A stretch of 64,000 nucleotides of DNA from Octopus vulgaris (taxonomy: Eukaryota). Where the stretch lies: contig OX597834.1 in assembly GCA_951406725.2 (NCBI GenBank), positions 5,766,001 through 5,830,000 of the forward strand, written 5' to 3'. Of the stretch, positions 53,763-64,000 are shown in pieces. The notes beneath the pieces were generated by a model. That model made no database searches. It was not told where the DNA came from and saw nothing but the letters and a program-made list of their open reading frames with translations. Position 1 is the stretch's first letter, and the number at the start of each line of letters is the position of its first letter. Both the position numbers and the translations under genes were made by a program.

Positions 53763-54195
53763 ATAAATCTCTGAACGAGATATAAACAGTAACCACTCGA
53801 CAACGTAAAGTGTACTAGCCATCTGAATGTGGCTAGCCACTGGGGGTGGGGTGTTACTGATGCTTTTAGCCCCAGGAGATCAACGTCACCAGCTGGCCTT
53901 AGACACAAAATTTCAGTGCCCTTGTGTTATTTGCAAAAGTTAAATATTATTTGCAGAGGGTCTCCATCGAAAACCGGTGTTTACCATGCGCTGACGAGAG
54001 GCAATTACCTTGAAACTATAGTCCGTATGTATCACTTAGGTTTTCGAGGGAGGATGACCTCCCTTTGTAAATAACACAAGGGCACTGAAATTTTGTGTCT
54101 AAGGCCACCTGCTGATGTTGATCTCCTGGGGCTAAAAGCATCAGTAACACCCCACCCCCAGTGGCTAGCCACATTCAGATGGCTAGTACACTTTA
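53763..54195 (+). mobile_element. Penelope-like/retrozyme-like element: about 135 bp inverted arms around a hammerhead, 12 bp TSD
   Basis: 53805-53940 inverted to 54063-54196; caacttgtatta at 53751-53762 and 54196-54207. Confidence 0.8.
53985..54029 (+). ncRNA. Minimal type I hammerhead ribozyme, predicted cleavage after GUC (54023)
   Basis: catgcg CTGACGA gagg caatta cctt GAAA c tata g TC cgtatg: intact core, stems I and II pair, palindromic stem III actatagt. Confidence 0.8.
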
Positions 54196-54498
54196 CAACT
54201 TGTATTATTTCCTTGGTAAATTAATCATAATGTGTCTAATCGAAAGGTTAGGGTTTCTTCCCTTTCAGGGTTACATTATTTTCTGTGTATTTTCCCGTTA
54301 TGCACCGTTTTGGGTATCTGTACCCCAAAACTCCTAATATCCAAAGGACCAGTTGTCTGATTTACATGAAACTTGTTTTATTCTGTTTGTATTCACATTT
54401 CAGGGGAACTTTGATTCATAGTATTTTCCCATTATGTGCCAGTTTGGCTGTGTAACATTGTAAGCAAGCAAGCAAGTTTGAAGTTCATTTTTAATATA

Positions 54499-54541
<43 letters not shown>

Positions 54542-54568
54542 ATATCACATAAGAGAATATATATATAA

Positions 54569-54599
<31 letters not shown>

Positions 54600-54900
54600 G
54601 TCAATAATAATAAGGGTAAAATTAATTAATTAGTAATTAATAATTTTACCAAGCAGTGTTCAGTATGTAAAAAGACCATTTACGGTATATTTAAAACCTT
54701 ACTTTATATAATTAGGGTTCAGCAAAAATTTACTTTACCACACACCGAACTTTTAGAAATAGCAGCCAAAGAATTTAGCTATTTCCTCTTCTATAAGAAG
54801 AGTCTCCCAGACAATGTATACTCATGGCTGCTATTTCTAAAAGTTCGGTGTGTGGTGAAGTAAATTTTTTTGCTGAACCCTAATTATATAAAGTAATGTT
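54600..54900. mobile_element. (TA)n-embedded fold-back repeat, probably Penelope-like
   Basis: Arms 54699-54768 and 54825-54896; related copy at 28345. Confidence 0.6.
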
Positions 54901-54910
54901 TTATATATAT

Positions 54911-55071
54911 ACTTAGGTTGACGAGGGAAGGATGACTTCCCTTTGCAAATACCATAAGGGCACAGAAAGTGTGCCTAAAGCCAGCTGGAGACGATGTTCT
55001 CCTGGGGCTACAAGCTACAGTAACACCCACCCTTAGTGGTTAGCCATATTGAGATGGCAAGTATACCTCAC
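54911..55071 (+). mobile_element. Third, truncated copy of the hammerhead family (ribozyme itself absent)
   Basis: Reverse-complement match to 31624-31785; same 3' terminus. Confidence 0.8.
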
Positions 55072-57223
55072 ACGCATATATATATATATATATATACATA
55101 TATAAAAGGCAGGATGTGTGTGTGTGTGTAGTGAATGTAATTTATGCATGTCCACAAATGAGCATGAATGTCGTTACAATTTTAGGAGGACATTGGTCAT
55201 GACCATGGCTGTGCTTTTGTCAACTAATTTTTCCTGAGGCACTCGCGGATAATGGTAAAAATCAATTTTCAACCATAACTTTTACCAATTTCCACATTGG
55301 TGAAATCTGTAAGTTTGCTAACATGAGTTAAGTCCCCTGTCTAGCAATGGTGATAAAGAAAAACAAAGGGTCAATTTTTAGATTAACACCTACACGATTT
55401 TCACTAAGAAATGGAAAAAAACTTGGATATTTTGTGTGGAATCAAGTACCCTGGCTGCCTTATATGCTGCAAATCACTTATTTTGGTTCAGGAAAAAGTA
55501 GGGTAGGGTGAGGGGGAACCCCCATCCCGGAATAATAACCATATACGATTTGTCTATTTTCAGCATATTTAGCATTAGAATTTTTTTCCTTTTGCCCTTG
55601 TTTATAAGTTGTTAATAAATTTAACCTTTAAAGATATTTTTTAATATGCTGGCCATTGATAGAATTTTTTTCGAAAAATTTTATCCTATATTAGATGTGT
55701 GTATATATATATATATATATTAATCAAAATGTACAGTATTATATTCCCATTATGGTCAATCTTACCAATCGGTTTCATATCAGGAGTTTAACAGAGTGTT
55801 AGGCAACAATCTGATTATGTAACCCTATGCTCATGAGAGGTAGCCGTTATGGAATGAAATATGGCAAACTATATACATATACTTGCACATACACATGTAT
55901 ACATTTGTATGTATATGTGTGTGCATGGACATTTTTCATACATTAAATATGTTTATAGAAATGCATTTGCTTTTCCTATTGCTACCCAGACAATGAATTC
56001 ACGTTTGCACTCTTTTAAGGAATATGGTAAAACATATCATTGAGGCAGGGTTAAACTGTTAAAAATGTTGTTTGTAGTTTAACACATTAATGTGAGACTC
56101 ACTGCATAATTTAACAATGAAATGGTCTTTATTAACATTGATTTAAAATTTAGTTTGCAATGCCATTTACATGGAGGAGGAAATTTTTTCCTTCTTTCAA
56201 TTCGGTTGCATAATTCTTAAAATTTCACCCTTTTAATATCAACTTGTATTCGTTTTGAATATTCATTTTTAAATTAAAACTTTTCAAAATGTTATGTAAA
56301 TATCTTTTGTGAGTTATATTCATATATCAATAAATGATAAAAAAAAAAATTATTTTACAATATCGTTACAAATATTTTCAAGATTAATTAAAATATAAAC
56401 AGACTGTTTGATTGGAAGTATGTTTAATCTCAACTTGTTTCAGACATTCTGTTGTGGCCATGCTGGTGTTTAACTAAATAAATCAACTCCAGTACTAATT
56501 TTGTTACTCTCTTGCTGAAATACTAAGTTACAAGGACACAAATGAAACAACACCAATTGTCGAGTGATGGTGGTGGCGGACAAATACAAACAAGATGATA
56601 CACACACGAGTGGGTTTCCACACAGTTTCCATCTACAAAATTCACTCACAAGTCAATAGTTAGCATTGGGGTTCTAGTAGAAAACCCCTTGCCCAATTTG
56701 CAGTGCAGTGGAATTGAACCTGAAGCCATACATTGCAAAGGAATCGTCTTAGCCACACATCCGCACTTGTTATGGAATTGTTAAAATTTTCCTTTGATTT
56801 GTATCCTCTCTTGGGTAAAATTTGCTAATAACTTGTTGCGGTTTTTCACAAAGCATTCATAATCTTTTCCTGTTATTTGTTTGTGTGTAATTATGTTATC
56901 TTCCTTTAGAAACAACAAGTCATGTTCAAAATTCATGTACAGCTGTTTTTTTCCAATAGAAATAAGCTCAAATCATTACTTAATACTTATTTATTTAACA
57001 TATAATGGTGAGCTAACAAGAGAGGTTTTATGGGGTGGCTCTGTCTGCAAGAAATAGCACCAAATCTCCCTCACTTCAAACCCTACAAATTTGGAGAAGG
57101 ACACGTTTAGATAGTATGAGATCTAGGTCCTCACAACATTGGTAAGACATGGGTGGTCAAAGCTGGAATGCCTTTGATCCTATGTTTGCTATATGAAGGT
57201 TGACTTAATGCCACATATTTTAA

Positions 57224-57443
57224 CCCTTTCGTTACCAACCTGGCTGAAACCGGCTCTGGTTCTGAGTACAAATGTCTTGTTTTCATAAGTTTTCGATTAA
57301 AATCTTCCACCAAACCTTAGTCACAATTTATGTTCCTAACACTAGCTTAATGATAACCAAGTTATTTTACTAAATTCTTTGTTATAATTAAAGTAACTGA
57401 AAGAAACACAGAGCATCTCAAAAGAAATACAGTAACGAAAGGG
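57224..57443. mobile_element. piggyBac-type MITE
   Basis: TTAA-ccctttcgttac ... gtaacgaaaggg-TTAA. Confidence 0.9.
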
Positions 57444-57845
57444 TTAAACCTTTGATTGTACAAGCAACGGCACAGTTTGTCTGTTAAAACACTTCAATAT
57501 AGAATGTATATATTTTATTCACAGAAACCATTATTTCTATCAAGAATACAGAATTAAAGCAGGTGTCTTGAAATAAGTAACTTAGGTAGAGATATGGCTG
57601 TGATTTCAGGGAGCACTCTGTACCTTAGCAGTTTAGGGGTTCCCCCCTCACAGCATGACATCTTCTCCTCTAGGCTTGGCCTGTTTGAAGCTTTATGAGT
57701 GAATTTTGATCAAGAAGGATTGCTGTGCTCCAGTGGTAGAACATCGGTAATGTTTACAGAAGATGTAGGCTCAAGTCCCACGAGCACCCTTTGACTTTTT
57801 CCTATCCAAAAGGCTTTTTGCCAAATATTTACATGCTATTATTTA

Positions 57846-58603
57846 TATTGAGTTGTTTTGAAAGTTTGTGCCAATTTTTAAAGGAAAGAAAAAGGTCAAT
57901 AAATACTTGCCATGAACCATTTTGTTGCCCAATGCGTCTCCATCTTTCCTTTAACTTGAAAATACCCTCTTCCCAGAATTGAGGGGGTTTCATGGCAAAG
58001 AATTCATCAAGGTATCTTTTTACATCATCCAAGGAATTGAAATTTTTACCATTAAGACTATTCTGCAGATACCTGAATAAGTGGAAATCCGAAGGAGCAA
58101 TATCTGGTGAATATGGAGGTTGGGGTAACTCATCCCAGCCGAGCTGCAGCAATTTTTGTCTGGTTCCCAAAGAAACATGCAGTCTTGCATTATCATGTTG
58201 GAAAACAACACCCTACCTGTTGGCTGATCGCTCTTTATCAATAAGGCTACAATCTCCAGCTCGGAACCTTGTGAACCACTTCTGTAAAATTCTTTAGGAT
58301 AAAGAAACATCACCGTAAACGGTGCATGTTTCTTTGGGTGCCTGTGAGGCATTTTTCCCTCTAGAGAAAAACAAAAGCATCAAGTGCCGAAAATGAACTT
58401 TCTTATCTTCCATTTTAAAGGGTTACAGAATTAACACAGCTTATAGGAACATAAACCTTCTTCCACAAAAAGATAGCTTAAAGATAGCTTAAACTTAAAA
58501 TGGAGGTGTAGCCAAATCCTATTTTATGGATTCAGCCATGTTCTAAAATAAGTCGAAAGGTTAACCACTATAAATTGGCATGAACTCTCCGGACAACCCA
58601 ATA
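57846..58603 (-). mobile_element. Internally deleted mariner with both TIRs
   Basis: MEDKKVHFRHLML...KWFTRFRAGD fused to VVFQHDNAR...PYSPDIAPSDFHLFR; TIRs tattgagttgt...tgccaattt / aaattggca...acaacccaata. Confidence 0.9.
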
Positions 58604-58899
58604 GGTTTAGGCAGTGAGCTGGCAGAATTGTTGGCATGCAGAGCCAAATACTTAGCAGCCTTTCATTCGTCTTTATGTTCCGAGTTCAAATTCAGCTACA
58701 GGTGACTTTGCCTTTAATCCTTTCAGAGTCAATAAAATAAATACCAGTCAGTGTAATTGATTAGCCCACTGCTCTAAGATCTCAGGCCATGTGCCTGGAG
58801 CAGAAAGGATTATTTATAGCTTTATCTGCTTCGAGTTTCTGCAATAAAAAAAAAATGAATTACTTCAGAGTTTCTACATTCCTTTGATATACTCTGATA

Positions 58900-59170
58900 T
58901 TCTTTCCAGTCTTTTGACTGCGGCCATACTGGAGTACCACCTTCAGAGATTTTAGTTGAACGAATCTACCCCGAGACTTATTCTTTGTAAGCCTAGTACT
59001 TATTCTAGCAGTCTCTTTTTGCCAAACCGCTAAGTTACAGGGATATAAACACACCAGCATCAGTTGTCAAGCAATGGTGGTGAGACAAACACACACACAC
59101 AAATACATGCATGCATACATAACTATACACACGCACACACACACACATATATAAATATATATATATATAT
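58900..59170 (-). mobile_element. Family A tail half
   Basis: Reverse-complement match up to the microsatellite. Confidence 0.75.
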
Positions 59171-59171
59171 A

Positions 59172-59972
59172 TCTTCTCTCTATATATAAACGGCAGTTTG
59201 TCTGTCTGTGTGTCTGTGTGTCTGTCAGGTTGTACCCTCACCCTGACCACGGCTTTCAACCGATTCTGATGAAACTTGACACACACATAGCCCAATGTCA
59301 TAATTCAAAACTAACGCAGTGAAAATTTTGAAAAGTTCCCCCAGTTCTGAAACAAAATCGATAAATTCGACATGGGTCGAGAATCTAAGCTTTTTATATG
59401 CAACACCTTTTCTACAGACTGTCTAGGGGACGCAACTCGATCTTTTTAACTCTCGGAACACGTGGGGTAAGTATCCCAAAATGTATAAAAATGTACAAAA
59501 ACGGCAAAAAAGCGGGCAGCAATGTGAGTGACAACAACGAAAAAGTCAAAAGTGACCAAACTGAACAAACGAATGGAAAAGGTTTTTTGGTGCACATGAC
59601 AAAAGCGGTTTATAATAAACCAAGAGTTTGCATGTAGTGTCTGAGGACCCTTAGGATACGTAAAAAATTTAAGGTAAAACGTTTGGGGTGGTAGTTATAA
59701 AGAAAGTGTAAACAAAAAAAGTATTTGAATAACTTGTGGCTGCAGCAGCTATTAGCAGAAGTGGGGGTAAAGTCTCGAATGTAATTTCTTCCTGGTAGGA
59801 ATTGGTTGGGTTGAATTATCGATAGCTGTTTGATAGTTATTTGGGAGTGAAGAGGAGACATTGCAACCTACACATATGCCTTCGTTCCCTAGATGGAAAG
59901 GAGTAGATTGAGATTAGTCGTTGCCTACTAGGGGCTCTTACATACCCAGGCAACGCCGGGCTATACTGCTAG
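59172..59972 (+). mobile_element. Non-autonomous Helitron
   Basis: A|TC 5' end, subterminal hairpin cccaggcaacgccggg, CTAG|T 3' end, no TSD. Confidence 0.8.
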
Positions 59973-59989
59973 TACTAATATAAAATAAA

Positions 59990-60242
59990 ATAAATGTGCC
60001 CTTTAAAAGCCTAGCCAGGCTCATGGGCCTGGTTTTCCGGTTTCTATGGCGTATGTGTTACCCAGCTGGATGGGACGCCAGTCCATCGCAGCGTTACTCA
60101 TTTTTGCCAGCTGAGTGGACTGGAGCAATGTGAAATGAAGTGTTTTGCTCAAGAACACAATGCGTCGCCCAGGCCAGGAATTGAAACCACAATCTTACAA
60201 TCATGATGCTGACACCCTAACCACTAAGCCACGTGCCTCCAC
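59990..60242 (-). mobile_element. tRNA SINE related to family D (CORE/V-like centre)
   Basis: Minus strand tggcttagtggttagg, ggtttcaattcc, gttcttgagcaaaacacttcatttcac. Confidence 0.7.
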
Positions 60243-60244
60243 AT

Positions 60245-60332
<88 letters not shown>

Positions 60333-61350
60333 ATATATATATGACAGGCTTCTTTCAGTTTCCATCTATCAAATCCACTCACAAGACTTTGGTCAGCCAA
60401 CTGCTTGACAAGTGTTAGTTTATGTCCCCATAACTTCATGGTTCAACAAAAGCGACTGATAAAATAGGTACCAGACTTAAGTACTGGGGTAATTTGTTCT
60501 ACTAAGTTCTTCAAGGTGGTGCCCCAGCATGGCCACAGTCCAGTAAAAATGAAACCAGCAAAAGATAAAGATAGTAACTGAACCTATTGGAAGAAAACAT
60601 TGGATGATATTCTAAATAATAATAAAAAAAAAAGGTAAAGACTTTTCATGACTGGAACATTCTTGATCAGAAGTCTTCTTAATCAAAGCAGGGTTTTAAT
60701 CAACAGCAACAACAACAACAACAACGACTCGCCATAATTTCTGTCAGGAAACGGATGTAAAGTAATGCTTCTTCAATCTGAATTTGAAAAGACACTTATA
60801 GTGCCAAACCTTTCAACAACGACTGTCAACAATGATTCGTCATTATGCTATAGATAGAAATTTTTAAAGGAAATGTTTAGAGAAATATAGACGGAGAAAT
60901 CACTTAAATATTCCTCGAGAAATATAGAAGTGATTGCCTCTTGCTATCTCACTTAAATACAGTAAATCAGAAGTAGATTTAACATTTAAATGATATATAA
61001 TCTTTTTTTAAAAATTTTGATATAATCTTTTATTGCGTACGTTCCTTTATATAAATAGGTCTGTATATATATATGTGTGTGTGAATCATTTTATATATTT
61101 TAGAAACACATCATTATCAAAAATAAGAGACTGCTTATTAAGTTAAAAATAGCAGGATTTAGCTGTAATCCTGGTCATTCGTCTTGACTTATTACCAGAC
61201 TGGTCCAGGTGGCTTATTATACGAATGATGGGCAATAGACTTGCTCTCCAACAATCCTTGTGTCACGGCAGTCTACAAGACTGGAGTAGTTGTTGTGGGG
61301 TTTAATGAATGCTGTAGAGAAGCAGAAGCTATGAGGAAGAAACAGATTGA

Positions 61351-61571
61351 CCCTTTTGCTACTGGATTTATTTTGAGATGCTCTGTGTTTCTTTCAATTA
61401 ATTTTAAATATATCAAAGAATTTAGTAAAATAACTCAGTTATCATCAAGTTAGTGTTAGGAACATAAATTGTGACTAAGGTTTGGTGGAAGATTTTAATT
61501 AAAAACTTATGAAAACAAGACATTTGTACTCATAGCTAGATCCGGTTTCAGCCGGGTTGGTAACGAAAGGG
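61351..61571. mobile_element. piggyBac-type MITE (inverted relative to 57224)
   Basis: ttga-cccttt ... aacgaaaggg-TTAA; same body. Confidence 0.85.
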
Positions 61572-61742
61572 TTAAGGGGATGAGATATACCTTAAGATAA
61601 TCAACTGGGTTCAACTGATCTTATTTGTTAGTTGAGTTATGTTAATACTAAAGGTTTTACATAATTCTGTATTTGGAGTTCTAAGAATTTGATTACTTCT
61701 TCAGACCTAATTAGGTCTGTTTCAATTTTAGCCATGACTTAA

Positions 61743-61965
61743 CCCTTTCATTACTATAATTCTGTTGAGATGCTCTGTGTTTCTTTCAATTAATTTTAAA
61801 TATAACAAAGAATTTAGTAAAATAACTTAGTTATCATTCAGCTAGTGTTACGAACATAAATTGTGACAAAGGTTTTGTGGAAGATTTTAATTCAAAACTT
61901 TTGAAAACAAGACATTTGTACAACAGAGCCAGAGCCGGTTTCAGCTGGGTTGGTATCAAAAATGG
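61743..61965. mobile_element. piggyBac-type MITE, third copy
   Basis: TTAA-ccctttcattac; same body; eroded right end. Confidence 0.85.
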
Positions 61966-62547
61966 TTAGGAAGAAGGAGCATTCCAACGGACTTTTTTCA
62001 AGCCTCCATGACAGATGGAGAAAAGGAGGAATATTGTGGATACCAAATTTGAGTGGTTGCAACCAAATGGGTTTCTCTAAAAGAACACAAGGTCAAGATT
62101 TTGCTGTGAATCCAGATGACTTCTTGGGAAAGGTCCTCTACTATAGACACTTTGGTGCTTTTTACGTGCTACCGGCACAGGTATCACAACTACAATTTCC
62201 ATTTGATATTTATTTTGATGTTGATGTACTTGACTCAATAGCTCTCCTCAAGCACAGCAGGTCACCCTACGATCCAAAGTAAGCACAGCAGGTCTTTCTG
62301 CAAATAAATGAATTAACAGGCATTTCACTTATGAGATTTCCGAAACATGGAATGTAAACTTGAAATGTGTTTTATCGGGCTTGTGACCTAAAGTTGCACA
62401 TTTCTGTTTTTATAAGAGAAGGGTTTTCTGTTCCAAGAAAATGTCCCCGCAGCTTTTTCAGTGAGGTTATTGTAACTGTTGTGCTGATGTTGTTCTTGTT
62501 ATTACTAGTCCGAATTCAGGAGGCGTAGTCATGACCATTCTCAAGAC

Positions 62548-62968
62548 TACTCTTTTACTTATTTCAGTCATTTGACTGCGGCCATGCTGGAGCACTGCCT
62601 TTAGTCGAACAAATCGACCCCAGGACTTATTCTTTGTAAGCCTAGTACTTATTATATCGGTCTCTTTTGCTGAATCGCTAAGTTATGGGGACGTAAACGC
62701 ACCAGCTTTGGTTGTCAAGCGATGTTGGGGAACAAACATATACACAAACATATACACACAAACATACACACACACATACATATATACATATATATACATA
62801 TATACGACGGGCTTCTTTCAGTTTCCATCTACCAAATTCACTCACAAGGCTTTGGTCGGCCCGAGGCTATAGTAGAAGACACTTGCCCAAGGTGCCACAC
62901 AGTGGGACTGAATCCAGAACTATGTGGTTCGTAAGCAAGCTACTTACCACACAGCCACTCCTGCGCCT
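62548..62968 (-). mobile_element. SINE family A
   Basis: Reverse-complement match. Confidence 0.9.
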
Positions 62969-63084
62969 ATAGATGAAAGACATGCGGAAGATTTCCATGA
63001 GATTTTCACCCATTATTTGCAACATAATGAGTTCTGCTAAAGACACCTCAGTAGAGCTGATATGATAGAGATTAATAACATATG

Positions 63085-63376
63085 ATACAGATTACAGATG
63101 TAAGGACAAATGATCAAGACCGGGGCATTTTGGTGTGCTTGAGAAGAAGTCCAGTCAAGCCAAGTAAAATCACAGTCGTGGCAAATACATGCAAATGGCA
63201 CCTGTGCCGGTTGTACGTACAAGCATCCATTTCACTCTCAGGGTGGTTGGCGTTAGGAAAGGGCATCCAGCTGTAGAAACCCATGCCAAATCAAACTGGC
63301 GTCTGGTGCAGCCTTTCCTAGCTTGCCAGCCCTGGTCAAACTATGCAACCCATGTTAGCATGGACAACAGACATTA

Positions 63377-63468
<92 letters not shown>

Positions 63469-63535
63469 GGAGGAGGAGGAGGAGGAGGAGGAGGATGACG
63501 ACGACGACGATGATGATGATGATGATGATGATGAC

Positions 63536-63572
<37 letters not shown>

Positions 63573-63655
63573 GTTGATGATGGTGATGACGATGGTGATG
63601 ATGACGACTCTGGTGATGATGGTGATGATAATGATGATGATGATGATGATGATAG
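63085..63655 (+). mobile_element. Family C with probable RTE ORF end and about 280 bp expanded (GAT)/(GAG)n tail
   Basis: ...GVLEKKSSQAK* precedes the UTR; the tail runs from 63377. Confidence 0.75.
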
Positions 63656-64000
63656 ATTAATAACATGTTGATCAGAGGAATCTATTTTCTCATCCTCAGT
63701 ATATGACTGGTACATTTATCATATGTCCAGATAAGGATGGAACCCAAAGCTTTACTCTAGTCAGAATTAAACCCCAAGACTAGAATACCCCAAATTATAT
63801 TAGATATAGCATGAAGTATTGTGAATATACAAAGTACCAATGTACCCATACAACTAACCAGTTTCCGGCACCATCTCGATAAATTCCACACAATCAAATA
63901 ACGGAAACCTGGATTACTCCATGAATGGTTTTTCATAGCTCTAAGCTAAGATATGGAAGCGATGCATTTCCTAGTAATTATGGAACCGGATGCTGCAAAA

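Noticed and set aside
55090-55400. Second Helitron-like 5' end
   Set aside because: No matching hairpin-CTAG 3' end could be placed
57829-58170. Domesticated SETMAR-like gene
   Set aside because: Lies between TIRs with a large internal deletion and stops; no SET domain

Overview
AT-rich, repeat-saturated eukaryotic DNA. The SINE families, microsatellite load and decayed mariners look like an octopus (coleoid cephalopod) intron or intergenic region; the taxon is inferred from repeat content only. No host protein-coding gene is supported: the listed ORFs are almost all microsatellite or SINE read-throughs, or dead transposase/RT fragments. Content: over 25 copies of a bipartite tRNA-headed SINE (family A; the clearer ones are listed), a Nin-domain-like SINE (B), an RTE 3' UTR family with hairpin repeats (C), a further tRNA SINE (D), CR1/L2 and RTE LINE ends, at least six Tc1/mariner relics, piggyBac-type MITEs and a non-autonomous Helitron. 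Best finding: a non-coding Penelope-like/retrozyme-like family (31.6, 53.8, 54.9 kb). The 53.8 kb copy carries an intact minimal type I hammerhead ribozyme that covaries with a degenerate homologue at 31.8 kb. The family also has shared termini, fold-back arms and a 12 bp TSD. Also notable: TSD-flanked SINE concatemers with an identical junction, a 165 bp satellite born from a mariner end, a minisatellite born from a LINE 3' end, and several perfect or G-U-biased hairpins. Boundaries were read by eye and are approximate unless given with a motif.
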